64,000 nucleotides of DNA from Octopus vulgaris. Taxonomy: Eukaryota. Below the pieces are notes generated by a model. That model ran no database searches. It worked only from the letters and a program-made list of their open reading frames with translations, and was not told where the DNA came from. Each line of letters starts with the position of its first letter. The first letter of the stretch is position 1. The DNA lies in assembly GCA_951406725.2 (NCBI GenBank), contig OX597815.1, forward strand, positions 203,732,001-203,796,000. Direction: 5' to 3'. A program made the position numbers and the translations under genes. Of this stretch, positions 13,625 to 27,879 are shown one piece after another.

Positions 13625-13940
13625 TCGAAGATGTTTCTTGGAAGTTTGTCGACCATGTTTCTTAGATTTGCGCCAGGAGTGAAACAAGCCATTGTCAAAT
13701 CTCTATGGAGTATGAGCCCAGATGTTCGCACGGTCATGTTCTCGTGTTTATCACCAGATCAGCCCACATCAAGTAGACCTGAGATCAAAATATTTCTAGC
13801 TTGACCATCCCATTTGCATATGGTTTTTTTCAAACACAGTGTAACTAAAACTTTATTACTCAACGCGTCCTTCAATTTTGAGACAGTAGGTCGTAACTTG
13901 ATGGAGATTACGCTACTATTTTGTTTTAGCAGACAAGAAT
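13625..13940 (-). pseudogene. Possible decayed YqaJ-like (lambda exonuclease family) nuclease of a DNA transposon
   Basis: One frame with one stop: RPTVSKLKD...CLKKTICK...*SGDKHENMTVRTSGLILHRD...FTPG. Resembles the remembered RITASK...SLIKxIC...HEN.V..SGL...ASPDG pattern. Confidence 0.35.
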
Positions 13941-14939
13941 TTCGCTGAGGCTCTCCTGTCAACGGACTTACATTCCATAAAAAGTGTAGGCCAATGAACA
14001 TCTAACAATGATTCTATTCTCAGGACTCATACTTGGTTTGCTTTTGATCGAAGAGTGTAACTAGTTTTAAAATATATTGAAAAATACGACGCATAAAGGG
14101 CGACGACATTTGCAAAATTCAATTTTCTATTAATCCATTCTGATTTGGATACGTAGAGATTACTTTTTTTGTCTTTATTCCAATTCTGCTAAACAAAATA
14201 TCATACATTAAAGATATTTTTACGAAAAGTATTTAAATATGATTGAAATTTATGCGTAAATCTGCACCACGTAACTGTCAATCATAGGGTAAGTGACAGA
14301 CGACAGTAATATTCCCGTAATAGTACCATGTAAAACAGAAAAATTGAAATTACCCATCATTTACTAAATTGGTTCCTTATTTACGCGTCTCTTTTCGAGT
14401 CGAATATAGCATCTAGTTTGACAAGCACTGTTGCTCTTCTTTTGAAGTGTAACTCTTCCCTTGCCTCTTTGATTGTGGTTTTCGACTACAGTTTTTGTTC
14501 ATCGTACCACATTATATTTTTCCTATAAAAAGTAATAATATAAAAAAAAAAAAAAAACGAAGGAAAGACCACAAATTACCTTTTCTTTGACGATTTTCAT
14601 CAGTGTAAATTTTACGCAACATTCAACTTTTCTCATCTTTGCCACGTTTGTGACCTTTTCAATTTCATTTTGTTTTGTTTTCTTTATTTAAGAGAGTACA
14701 AAACACTATTATTAACATTGCTGTCATATTTGAAGTTGATTCTAATTCTGTACCATATGTATGTGTGTGTGGTGTGTGTGTGTGTGTGATTGTATGTGCA
14801 TGCGTGTGTATGTCTGTGTGCGTGTGTGTATGTATGTATGTTGGTATGTATGAATTTTACGGGTTTCATGACACAAAAGAGCTAGAGATCAATTTCGGTA
14901 TACTATTATATTTGAAATGACTTTATATTGGCTTCAATA

Positions 14940-15170
14940 ATGGATCTCCGTCGGTTTCGACGACGAATGTTCGAGAAACGGAACAGCCTCCTGTTTGAAT
15001 ATATGTGTAATTTAGCTTAGTACTTCGTGGGCACGTGTACCTTAAGCGTAATTTGAAAGGCGATCTATGTGACGTCAGGAAATGAAATAATCGACCCACT
15101 CGAATTATTGGCATGGTCAATTTGACGGGTTTCGATCCGTTTCCGACTACACTGTTTAGCTCCTTAACGG
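14940..15170 (-). mobile_element. Highly diverged SINE family C relative
   Basis: ctccgtcggtttcgacgacga...aacggaacagcct...cacgtgtacctta is reverse-complement similar to the family C tail. Confidence 0.55.
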
Positions 15171-16106
15171 GTAGACATGTGATCAAACGTTTCTCAACTC
15201 AGACCACCCTATTTTTATATATGTGTCTAGGGTTATAGTGTACAATATGACTTCAATTCTCTTAAAGGGATATGAGGTAACCTGAGACAGATTTCGCTGA
15301 TACTTCTACTAAGTCGAAACCCCGCTTAGTTGTTTTGCTGGCCTTATGGAAAGAGAGCCTCAGTGATAAAACAGAAGATTAAAAAACGTATTCCAGACAT
15401 CGCACGGAAAAGAAGCCAAGCGTGCTATCAGCTAATTGTAGGAATTGTATTGGAATTTTGAAGTTACAACAAACATGGTGATATGAGGTGACACTCACTA
15501 TTTAATTCATAGCCTGCAATACTAATATTCATCTAACTGAAGTAAAGTAAATATTGAAATATATCATATATGTGGCCTTTTTGCCAAGCTGTCTCATGAA
15601 TATCAAATTTCTATGAGTACATAAAACAGCGCGAATCAAGTCAATGACATACGTATTCAATCTTAGTAAGTTTCGACAGTACGCAAATATGCTAATCGCT
15701 GTTGTATTCTTTTGCCTCCAGAGAATACTATCTCCCTCCGTCCGATGTATAGAGGCAGGCTTTGAGATACCGGTGCTTCGATATGATTCTCTTCCGTCAG
15801 ATTCTATCCTTCATATCCATGAATCTAAACAAGAATGGTTGTTCTTGTTTATAGAATTCAGCAAACAAATTATTTAGTGAAATGTGCTGATGTCTGCCTA
15901 GTAGGTATTGAATTATTATAAGCAGGTAAAACAGCAAGACATAAGCATTGAAGCTACGATATCTATAATTACACCTGCGTCAATCAAATCGATGTGTCGT
16001 CAATGTACATAGTCTAAAAGGAGAAATGCACTAGGGATTAACGTCTTCACGTTCAAATCTGTCGGAACACATCATATTTGTTCATAAAAATCAAAACTTG
16101 ATATTA

Positions 16107-16308
16107 ATTTCAAATTTTGGCACAAGGTCAGCAATTTTAGGGAGGGGTAAATGGATTACATTTAACCCCAGTCTCAACTGGTACTTATTTTATCGATCCC
16201 GAAAGGATGAAAAGCATCGGTGAACTTTGAACTGAGAACGTAAAGACAAACGAAATGCCGCTAATCATTTTGCCGAGTGTGCCAATAATTAAGACAGTTC
16301 ACCGCCTC
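16107..16308 (-). mobile_element. SINE family B
   Basis: caactggtacttattttatcgatcccgaaaggatgaaa...gaactgagaacgtaaagac. Confidence 0.85.
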
Positions 16309-17051
16309 ATCAAAGATTAATATTAAAATCTGATTTCTTATTTGTATTCATTTATATATCTTAAACTTGTACTGCATATCTTACATTCATGCGAGAACTA
16401 CCTGTAGTGTACACACATATAAAGAGTCACAAAACTGTATTTGCAAGATTATCAACTTAACGAAATACACCCAGAAAAAAATAAAGAGAATTCAACATGG
16501 TAGGCAAAGTAAATTTATGGCATTTATAAATCCAGCCCGCGTCAGGTGTCATTACTCGTAGTTTCATACACAAGGCAATCTTCACATGAATTTTGCTGGT
16601 GCCAAGAACTGATTATATTTATATATATAAGGTAGTATTGAATTGCTTTTCAATTTATGGTCTATTACATGTAATATACAAATACGAGCGAGTGTATTTA
16701 AATACACCTATACACCTATATAAATATATTTAACCTACGTAGACATACAAACATGGTAAATTTAACTATTTCTCCGTGGATTGAAAACAAAGTGATGAAC
16801 AAACTTAATCGATTGTCAAACTTATTGGGTACTCATCGGAGGTGTGGACATCCCTGATGTACAAAAAGTCAATCAGTACACGTAAGTAATAAATCCAGTA
16901 GCTTCAGAGAAGTGGAGCTACTAATTTGCATTGCATAAATATTTAACACTTTAATATCAGCAGCCTGGTATACGTTTATATGTAATCTATGTAAATACGT
17001 GCGGCCTTCATTGCAGCAAAATGTATATATGTATATATATATATATAATAT

Positions 17052-17106
<55 letters not shown>

Positions 17107-17109
17107 GTG

Positions 17110-17433
17110 GGAAGCGCAATGGCCTAGTGGTTAGGGCAGCGGACTCGCGGTCGTAGGATCGCGGTTTCGATTCTCAGACCGGGCGTTGTGAGTGTTTATT
17201 GAGCGAAAACACCTAAAGCTCCACGAGGCTCCGGCTGGGGGTGGTGGCGATCCCTGCTGTACTCTTTCGCCACAACTTTCTCTCACTCTTTCTTCTGTTG
17301 GCCTGCTCGCTTAGCCAGCGGGGTGGCGTCATTTGAAGGCTAAAGCAATGCGAAGCGCATTGTGACCAGCGATGTGTAACAACATCTGATGTAACAACAT
17401 CTGATGGCCTGGTCGGTCACGGTGATCACGGTG

Positions 17434-17434
<1 letters not shown>
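17110..17434 (+). mobile_element. tRNA-derived SINE family C' (same head as C, different tail; possibly octopus OR1/OR2 type)
   Basis: A box tggcctagtgg, B box ggtttcgattct. First ~185 nt match 43424-43610, then it diverges and ends (cacggtgat)2. Confidence 0.85.
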
Positions 17435-17464
<30 letters not shown>

Positions 17465-17858
17465 CACACACATATACATACACACATCATATACAGTAGT
17501 GCAGTTTGGCCTTATGGTTACATGTGTTCCCGTGTTCGATTCATCTGCTCAGTATCTTGGATAAGCATAATTTCGTATAACTCCAGGTCAGGTGTAATAT
17601 ATAAATCATTCAAAATGTACACCCTTGCCTGTATATATTCCCTTTTTCATACTCATTCATACACCGTAATACGTTGATCATTTAAGAGATGTGCGTTATA
17701 ACTACATATGTCCGTGGAATACTCAGCTACTTACATTTTAATTCATAAGCAGGTTATTCAGCTGTTCTAACAACTCAATTCCTATCATAAGACGACGGAA
17801 ATCCACCACCATCACCAATACCACCTCTACCACCAACACAACCATCACAACCACCACC

Positions 17859-17896
<38 letters not shown>

Positions 17897-18511
17897 CTGT
17901 GAGTGTGTGTGATTGAGTGGGGTGAGGTATATGTGGTGTGTGTGTCTATGTGTGCGTATGTGTGTAAGTATAAATGTATGTATGTATGTGCATATCTTTG
18001 TAAGTATATTATACACAAATAGAAATCACTAAAGATATTAGTCATTAAAACATATTGTTAGCTATAGTGCTATCTAAAACACTTAGTCATCAGTGACGCC
18101 ACCTATACTGCTTCTCTTTATATGTGTGTTTGTGTGTGCCTGAACGTGTGCTCGCGGCAGGGTGTGTGTGCGTACGTGCGTGCATATATATGTCTGAATG
18201 TGTATGAGTGTTTGCGTGTGTGTTTTTCTAATGTATTGTGTGTCTAGGTCTGTATATCAGTTTGAGAGTGTGTGCACACCTGTGCGTGTAATTACACATT
18301 CACTTATTTACTTACACAAATACGCGCACACACACACATATATATATGCGTGTAAATACATGCATGTATATATCTTTGCATATTCATGCACATACGCATG
18401 CATGAATATGTACACACACAGACACATAGAGATACGCGCGCACGCATGTGTAATTGTTTATACTATATTGGAAGTATATGTTCAGGTGTCAATATATCAA
18501 ATATGGAAAAA

Positions 18512-19010
18512 GGCGGTCAGATGGTGGAAAAGTTAGCATGCAGGCAAAATGCTTAAGAGCATTTCCTCCGTCTTTGCATTCTGACTTTAAATTCGGCCGA
18601 AGCCAACTTTGTCTTCCATCCTTTAGAGAACGATAAAGGAAGTACCAGTTGAACGCTGGTTAAGTACTTCGTCTGGCATCCGTGTGGGTACGCGTTCGGT
18701 CCCACTGCAAAGCATCTTGGGTGAGTGTTTCTTTCAATAACCTTTGGTTCTATGGATCTGCAATACATTGTGAAGGAAACTGATCGGCGGAAACTGTGCT
18801 GAAGCCTGCAGTATGGTTGTTTTTTTTTCATATATGCCAGTGAACGTTTGTATTTTTTCGCTTATATTCGAGGAGCAAGCGGTTCGACAAATAGTTAGCA
18901 AATAACTACTTGGCTTAAAATTAAGTACTAGGACCAATATGACCAACAAAAGACTGTCATGGTTGTGTTTCAGCTCGACAACAGTTCAGTGACAAAATCA
19001 AGTGAAAGAA
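18512..19010 (+). mobile_element. Diverged SINE B fragment followed by diverged SINE A relative
   Basis: ccatcctttagagaacgataaggaagtaccagttga, then gttcggtcccactgc...cttgggtgagtgtt...ggaaactgtgctgaagcc. Confidence 0.6.
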
Positions 19011-19124
19011 AAATGAATAATTAATATAACTACAAAACAAATAATATGTATGTATGTATGTATGTATTTATGTATGTATGTATGTATGTATGTATGTATG
19101 TATGTATGTATGTATGTGTGGCTG

Positions 19125-20440
19125 TATGTATGACATTATTCAGTTTTTCAAGATTTCTTGCCAACAGAGAAAGAACCGTTTTCTAACCTAGATCCAAGGC
19201 TCCTTCATTGGAATTTCAACATCAACAACAGGGTATTTTTGTATGTATGTATGTATGTATATGTGTATGTATGTATGTATTTATGTATGTATGTATGTAT
19301 GTATGTATGTATGCATGCATGTATGTATGTATGTATGTATGTATGTATGTATGTATGTATGTATGTATGTATGTATGTATATGTGTATGTATGTATGTAT
19401 TTATGTATATATGTGTGTATGTATGTATGTATGTATGTGCAGATTTGTATGTTTTATGTATGTATTCTCATAAATATAGTTGCATATCTAGACATGTTCA
19501 TATATATTTAAATGATAAACTTCTGGAAAGTTTAACAGATATTTACAGTTCCAGTGATGGATTGGATCCGTAGTCTTCGGATTAGCTTCTCCTCTTCCGG
19601 TATTGAGAAGCCTAATTTCTCAAGATTGGTATTTAGACAGTGTGTTACTTATCTCAGGGTCCCAATAATGACAGGAATAAACCTGAACTTGTAATCTGGA
19701 TAGAGTATTTGCCGATTTCTCTATAGTTCAGCATAGGTGTTCTCTTTTCCACTGATCTTCAGCTTTATGTTAACATCCGCTGGGCAGCTAATTTCCACAA
19801 CTGTACACAGCTACTCTTCTCCATCCCAAATCATCATATTAGGTCTGTTGTGCTTATATTTTACTGAGGTCTTCTCTGGTATATTCCACCAGTATTCCTT
19901 TTTATTATGAGTGGCTATGGCTTTTACCATATCGTGGGTTCTTATTTCTTTATCCTCGGGATTATCCTTCCGACGGATTTCTTTATAGAGTGTCCTATCT
20001 ACAACGTCATGCCTCATCGGAAGGTAATACCATGATGACGTTTTCGGACAACAGCTTATGATGTGGGTGTTATCTTCACTGTGAATCCAACAGTCTGCTT
20101 CAATTGTCACACTTTACGGATTTACCTGCATCTCTATCCCATTTGTGCATCAGGTACTTGATTAATATTTCCTGTTCCTGGATTGCAAACGCATACCCTA
20201 CAAAGGGGGAGGTAGTCATCAGGCTATTGGTCCATAAGATGCTTTGATGATCGATGTTACTATCATGACGAAGCTTTTTATCCATGTACAGTCTTGCGAA
20301 TTCTTTGGGCATGTATTTTAAGTTATCAGACAAAGAGTGCTGCACAAGGAGCTGTCTTCCAAGTTTTATGATGTTATCAGCCTCATGTATGCAAACTTGG
20401 TCAAGGGATGCACTTCGACATTTGGTGGTTAAAAGATGTT
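19125..20440 (-). mobile_element. R4/Dong-like LINE 3' portion (CCHC + RLE), CATA-associated
   Basis: GYAFAIQEQEI..KYL; THIISCCPKTSSWYYLPMRHDVV; HNRPNMMIWD; YPDYKFRFIPVIIGTL. (TATG)n expansion inside the 3' UTR and (TATG)n at the 3' end. Confidence 0.85.
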
Positions 20441-21290
20441 GTATGTTTTCTTTTGCTTTTGATTATTTGAATTCTTCATCTGAGGAAGGATCTGGTTTTT
20501 AACAAAGATACAGAGCACCATCGTTGGTAGATAACAAAAACAAAGATACATTTTAAACTTCAGAAAAGTGTTGCATATTTTTACTGTCCGTTCACAGATC
20601 TTATTTGTAATGTGTGAATTATTTTGTGCTTTCTTTTTTTGGAAAATCTTAACTTATCCAGACTGTCTCTTAGCCATTTACTAACAAAACCAAGTGTACC
20701 AATAATTATAGGTATAAATGTAAATTTATAATCTGGAAGGTGGTTTCGAAGCAGTTTTCCATATTTATCTTCATCCTCTTTGATTTTCGAAGATATATTC
20801 ACATTAGCAGGAAAGCTGACATCTAATCTATGAGGTACATACTTTTTCTTGACTGTGCTAAAGAATATCCGGCCACTTAAATTTACACATGACAGATGTT
20901 TCGGTGAGAATATTCCACCAGTATTCCTTGTGCTGATGCTTGTGTATGCATTCAACCACAGGAGGAGGCTCTATATTTATTCCAGGATAGCCATTTTGTG
21001 AATAGTATTGTAAATTGTTTTAGCGACGACATCGTGTCGCATAGGAAGGTATTGCCTTGATGACGCTTTAGGCAACTGTTCATTACATGCGTGATGGCTT
21101 TTCAGAGAAATATAATATGATCTATATCTTCGAATATCTTCGGTTGCATTTCAGAGTTCCGACGACTTCAAAGTTTCTTTTGTTTATTCGGTATTTTGCT
21201 AGATTGCAAACGCATAAGCCTTCGAAGTGTGATGTAGCTGTCACGTGAGGCTGCGCTTCAGGTAGATATTACTGTCTTCATCAAGGCTTC
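20441..21290 (-). mobile_element. Second CATA-associated R4/Dong-like subfamily fragment
   Basis: YLPMRHDVVAKTI; DVSFPANVNISSKIKEDEDKYGKLLRNHLPDYKFTFIPIIIGTLG. 5' end abuts (TATG)n. Confidence 0.8.
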
Positions 21291-21302
21291 AGGAAATATA
21301 CC

Positions 21303-21304
<2 letters not shown>

Positions 21305-21334
<30 letters not shown>

Positions 21335-21435
21335 TGTATGTATGTATGTACGTATGCATGTATGCATGTATATATGTATGTATGTATGCATGTATGTATG
21401 CATGTATGTATGTATGTATGTATGTATGTATGTAC

Positions 21436-21466
<31 letters not shown>

Positions 21467-21794
21467 TGTACGTATGTATGTATGCATGCATGTATGTATG
21501 TATGTATGCCGTGTAATTATTTACTTAGCATCGTTCCTAATGTGAAATCGTGTGTTGGAATAGATTTTGTTGCATGTTGGAAGAGCCATTTTGTCGATAA
21601 ATACACTGTCTGTAATTAACTTCCCTTTAACATTATCATCAACTAGATAAGTAATTATAAAATTAATCAACTTTTTCCTCATTCATTTGGTTAATCTATC
21701 AGTTGGTACATATGCGCCTTTCCGCATAAAATATTTGTCAGCAACGTCATATATTTAGTCCTTTATTTAGTTAAAGGTTGCTTTAACACACTTC

Positions 21795-21825
<31 letters not shown>

Positions 21826-22125
21826 TGTATGTATGTATGTATGTATGTATGTATGTATGTATGTATGTATGTTTGTATGTACGTACGTATGTACGTATGT
21901 ATGTACGTACGTATGTACGTATGTATGTATGTATGTATGTATGTATGTATGTATGTTTGTATGTACGTACGTATGTATGTATGTATGTATGTATGTATGT
22001 ATGTATGTATGTACGTACGTATGTATGTATGTATGTATGTATGTATGTATGTATGTATGTATGTATGTATGTTTGCTTGTTTGCATGTATGTGTATGTAT
22101 GTTTGTATGTATTTATGCATGTATG
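21305..22125. repeat. Two long (TATG)n arrays (21305-21508, 21797-22125)
   Basis: Direct inspection. Confidence 0.95.
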
Positions 22126-23048
22126 CATAAATGTGCGTGTGTGTGTGTGTGCGTGTGTGTGTATGTACGTGTGCGTGGGTGCTTGCGCGTGGGCGTATTC
22201 TATTAAGATAGCGTGCCCGCTAAATAAACCTTATTTGACTCACTGTTTTAATAAATCATGCTCTCACTCAGCATTAGTACTTTGATTATTTTATTCTAAG
22301 TGATTTCACAGTAACACGCAACCTCAGTTACATTTACCATCACAACGCTGTTATACCCTAAGGTTCAGTTATATTACGCTCTAGCTTTTGTGCCTTGGAT
22401 TATTGCTGTTTCTAAAAATAGTCACATCGACGCAAATAAATGCCGAGCTGTGCGACTGGACTCGGAAACCCGTGGTTACAGAGCAAACGTCTTAACCACA
22501 CAATCATCCTTGTGCACCAGAGTTATTGCAGGTGTTCCGCAGATAGGCTAAAGAAGATTATGCCAGCATACACAGCATATCTAAATCTCACCAGACACAC
22601 ATGTCCTATACATGCAGGTGCGTTTACATATTTACACAGGTAATTAGACAAATTTAGAAAAGCCATAAAGACAACTTGAATTGTTCCCAGAAATAACGGT
22701 TTGTCGAACGTTTTTTGTAATGTACTTGCAAACTTTTATTAAACAGTGAATCATGTAATTTTAGAGTCGTCTGTATAGAAGATACAATACGTTCGCTGTA
22801 TTGTTTACCTATTAGATGCGCTCTTATATTTCCTTTTTTCACTGTTTTTCTGTTTGTCGTCCTTCGTGCATACAAGAAGCTTTCATAAGACGGTGTAAGA
22901 AGAGTTATTTTAACAACACTAAAAGCTCCCACCCAAGCAACGTAATACGTTCGCGTCATTTGTTACACAAACACACCTTCCATAGATTAGTGTTAGGTCC
23001 CCTAGACTCCTGCGTTCATCAAGAATTTGCTTTAAAATACTACTTTAA

Positions 23049-23211
23049 TACATTATTTACATTATTTACATTCGACGGATATTTGTTCTCATCTTGTTTG
23101 TTAACACAACGTTTCGGCTGATAGACCCTCCAGCTTTCTGGTGGGTATGTCAAACAAGATGAGGACAAACATCCGTCAAATGTAAATAATGTAAATAGTG
23201 TAAATAATGTA
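23049..23211. mobile_element. Inverted-repeat element, probably a Penelope-like terminus, with half a hammerhead-like motif in the loop
   Basis: ~52-bp arms (23049-23100 vs 23151 onward). Loop on the minus strand reads GCTG gagggtctat CAGC C GAAACGTT. Confidence 0.6.
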
Positions 23212-23264
23212 CATAATTCCTCATCTTTTAAATATAGAACTATACTACCTTCATGTTTGTCTCT

Positions 23265-23665
23265 ACTTTTTATTCTACTTGTTTTAGATCTTGGAATGCG
23301 GCCATGTTGACGCGCTGCCTTCAAGCGTTTATTTAATCGAACAGATCGACTTCGGTACTTATGTTTTATTTAAAGGCTGGTCCTTATTCTATCGGTTTCC
23401 TTTGTCTTATTGCTTAGTTACCGGGACGTAAAAACCCAATATCGTCTGCCAAATGTTGACGGTAATGGGTGACACACACACAAAGATTCACACAAACACA
23501 CATATACACACATTTATGTACAAGACAAGCTTCCACACAATTTCCGCCTACTAAATTTACTTACGTGGCACTGGTGGGCCCGGAATTATAGTATAAGACA
23601 TTTACTCAATGTGCTGCGCAATAAAACTGAACTCAAAACCACTGGGCTGCAAAGCGAGCTTTTAA
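23265..23665 (-). mobile_element. Diverged SINE family A relative
   Basis: tgcggccatg...tattctatcggtttcc...tttccgcctactaaatt..attatagtataagaca. Confidence 0.65.
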
Positions 23666-23669
23666 TATT

Positions 23670-24230
23670 GTTTCTAATATAGACATAAACCCTAAAATTT
23701 GACAGGAAGACGTTCTTTATTTGTACTTTATTTTATCGACCTCAGAAAGACAAAAGGCAGTGTTGGTTGACCTTAGTGAGATTTCTACTCATAATGTAAA
23801 GATCTGCAAAAAGTATCATGAACAATTTTGTCCGACGCTTTAGCGATTCTGCTAGATCACCCCCATTGAAATGTCTATGATTGAACACGGTGTTCATTAA
23901 CTAATACTAGTTTCAAATTTCGGTACAAGGCCGGTAAATTTGTTAGTACTCAACAGATACTTATTTTATCAACTCCTAAAGGATGAAAGGCAAAGTAGAC
24001 CTCGGCAGCTTTATAAACGGACGGAATGCTGTTAAGCATTTTATCCGGCATGCTAACAATTCTGCTAGCTTGCCGCTTTATAGTTGCTTAATTAATAATA
24101 ATCTTTTCTACTATAGGCACAAGGCCTGGAATTTGGGGGAAGGGCCTGATCGATTACATCGACCTCAGTGCTAGACTGTTACTCTTGTAATCGAGTTCGG
24201 AAGAAAAGCAAAGTTGACCTCGATGAAATA
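23670..24230 (-). mobile_element. Cluster of three diverged SINE B fragments
   Basis: Repeated ttttatcgac / aaaggcaaagtagacctcggc / ctataggcacaaggcctg motifs. Confidence 0.7.
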
Positions 24231-25123
24231 ATAAGACATACTAATAACGAGGTCTATGTTAACTCCCAATTGCAAAACCAAATTGCATGTACTTGACATT
24301 GAAGAGAAAAAACACAGTAGCAAAGTTGTAAAAAAAAAAAGAAGAGTTTTTCAGAAATATAATCATTTCTGCTTCTCTTGCGATTATATTTAGAATAAAA
24401 TAAGTGCTAATGTACGTGACGTGACCAGAAGCACGAGAGCGTGTGATTATTCATTTGCTTTTTTTTTTTTACATAACTTCACCATAACTTATTTAGGAAG
24501 AAGGAGAAGAGACTATATAGAAAGTCGTAACATTCATTTTATTCCCATGTATGCATAAAACTAGAAATGAAAAGAAGGTTCTCCACCGATTTTGACGATT
24601 TTTACATTAATCAATACAACGACCGACTCATTGAATTAACAAGTACGTGGCCTCATATTCCACCGACATGTGTATCTTAAATCAATCCTTACGGAGAATC
24701 AGAATGATAGCTTGTGGCAAATTTTCCCCTTTGAATCATAGACACAATACATCCAATAAATTCCTAAAGAATTTCCATCTGCTAAATTTCACTTAGAGTT
24801 GATTCAACATTATGGTATTTGAATAAAAATAACGTCTCTGTTGGATCAAAAATCAGGACCCTATGATTGACATGTGAATTTCTTAATCATTTCGCTATGC
24901 ATACTGTACATTTACCTCAGTAACAAATCCACAATGCTTACCTAATGTTCAATTCTGTATTCTTATTGCCAAGATTCAATTCCTCTCAGAGCTCGATTTT
25001 TCTATTCTTACACCTATACTTCAGCCATGGGCAATATCTTTTGAGAAGAGGGCCGCGTGAGACATGCTTCATCATCAGGCAGTCCGAACTATTAAAAAAA
25101 AAAAATCATGGGAACCTTTAGTT

Positions 25124-25530
25124 TACTCTTTTACTTGTTTCAGTCATTTGACTGCGGCCATGCAGGAGCACCGCCTTTAATCGAGCAACTCGACCCCGGG
25201 ACTTATTCTTTTGTAAGCCCAGTACTTATTCTATCGGTCTCTTTTGCCGAACCGCTAATTAACGGGGACATAAACACACCAGCATCGGTTGTCAAGCAAT
25301 GCTAGGGGGACAAACACAGACACACAAACACACACACGCATATATATATATATATATATATACATATATACGACGGGCTTCTTTCAGTTTCCGTCTACCA
25401 AATCCACTCACAAGGCATTGGTTGGCCCGAGGCTATAGTAGAAGACACTTGCCCAAGGTGCCACGCAGTGGGACTAAACCCGGAACCATGTGGTTGGTAA
25501 ACAAGCTACTTACCACATAGCCACTCCTGT
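25124..25530 (-). mobile_element. SINE family A, near full length
   Basis: Reverse complement of 1558-1983. Confidence 0.9.
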
Positions 25531-25836
25531 TTGCATATCCTTCAGTATAATCTTTAGTTTGCGGGCCGCAGTTAGCTTTGACTGCTCTACATAGTAATAC
25601 ACTATGTATACTGGATCGACTTAATTATAATGATGCTTTTATTGCTGCTCGCTTTCTCCCATACTTCTGGCCCTTGTAACACGTTGAGAAATCACTTTTA
25701 GATTATATTTATAAAAAGCACAAACTCTATCTATCTTTTCATTTCTCTATCTTATTCTTTTATTTTATGCTATATTTTGTATGACACATTTTTTTTCTTT
25801 CCTCGGTTTTCTCATATATACATACATTTGCACACT

Positions 25837-25870
<34 letters not shown>

Positions 25871-25907
25871 AATACACACATAGATGCGTGTGTATATGTG
25901 TATTTGC

Positions 25908-26001
<94 letters not shown>

Positions 26002-26258
26002 GAATTTAGCTGACACACAAGTATACAAACATACGTAAGCATACGCGTAGAAACATACAAAAAGGTCTCCAATCAATAAACGACTATGTGACTCATTCTT
26101 GCTGATACATACGCATACATACACGCACACACACACACACACACACAGAGACAAACATACACACATTAACACACATACACGCGCAACACACTCATACACA
26201 CATGTATGTATGTATCAGTACACAACTATATATGTATATGTGTATATATGTATGTATT

Positions 26259-26309
<51 letters not shown>

Positions 26310-26654
26310 GTGTGTGTGTTCATATAATGTAGCTTCCAATTTCGTCCAGCCGAATTCCTATGTATGAACCAGTGTCATTGCAAATAGCACAAAACAATTC
26401 TTTTGTATACTATTTTGTTCTGAAAGAAGTATTTTGCCACTTTAAGTCTGGCACATATTTCAATTCCTCTTAAGTATGCATGCACAAATACATACATAGG
26501 AAAAACAAGAAGTAGTTGATTACTATGTAGGTGACTGACATTCACATTTCTATTTGTGATCAGATTGCAGTGTCTTAAACGTTGGGAATTTGAAATCTTT
26601 TAATATCAGTATACACAGTTGTACTTCCATTTTTTGTTTCCGTTTATATAACGC

Positions 26655-26712
<58 letters not shown>

Positions 26713-27879
26713 ACACACACAAATACAAACACACTCATACATACTATACACACATACATACACATATATGAATGTATATATATATATGTATGTATGTATG
26801 TATATAAATTGAAACATCTTGCTCAGTAAGCCTTTTGTTAGTTAAATAAAAAAAAAATGAAAGATACAAAATGAATCTATTGAAATTTAAATGGTTTAAT
26901 CGGATGATTGAGTTTTGCGTTTAAGTTTCAATATGGGGCGTAGTGAAGATATATATTTAACAATTGTTAAGAATAAAACATTAGTAGCTAATTTTAAATT
27001 AGACGAATACAGACATCACTCAATGACTTTGTAAAACAGTCTACGGTGTTCCCACCCCACCTTAAATGTTGACACTATTCTTTGAACAATTTATTCAGGT
27101 CTTTAGTTCAGCTAAATCCTTTTACAGGCTATGCTGACTCATAAGGTCGTTATTTGTCCTCAGTGCATATCTTCAGACGCAATTTGCTGTATCCTTTAGA
27201 CTGGCTGTGTCCCTAAAACGAATATACGGTTACTTCTCACAGGAGCAGTTCTAGAGTGAAGTACAGTAGGATTTCAATTCGCGGTCTATTAGGGTGTTGC
27301 AAAATACAGTTTTCGATAAAGATGTATATGGGGCAAGTATGGCTGGATTGTTCCATGTTTATTGTACAGTTGGACAATTTGGGTGTCTTCTAATACAGAC
27401 ATTGATCAACCGAAACAATATATAATGTAGGGTTGACAGAAATTTATGTAGAAACACTTCATTTGGATTTCATGGTGATAGACTTCGTCAGTACCTCAAT
27501 TTAGCATCACCATCTGCTCCCAAGAGTATTTTGCGCTTTTGTGGAACCGAGTCTGTTACGAGCATTCAGGACAACTCGATGTTTTAATGCGCAGCTCCAC
27601 ACTGCAGAAGCCCCAAAAGTTTGCAGTTTCTTCTTCCCTTACCCTCGCACCTGGCAGATGACATGGGACCTGATAGATGTTATGTGTACTGCTTTCTTTT
27701 TCTGAGTTAGCCATTACAAAAACAATATATTCTCTGACGAAAGAATCACCGAGACATATTTCTGAAACTTAGTAACTTATAAACTTCATCAATGATTTCG
27801 TTGAGTTGCGAGCGAAAGAAGGCGAGCGTCAGGAGGCAGCAGCAAGAAACAACAACATCAGCTAGTCATTTAAGATGCC

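Noticed and set aside
17110-17185. tRNA gene-like sequence (also at 43424)
   Set aside because: No proper cloverleaf acceptor stem or terminator; it continues into a repeated SINE body, with a TSD at the 43424 copy.
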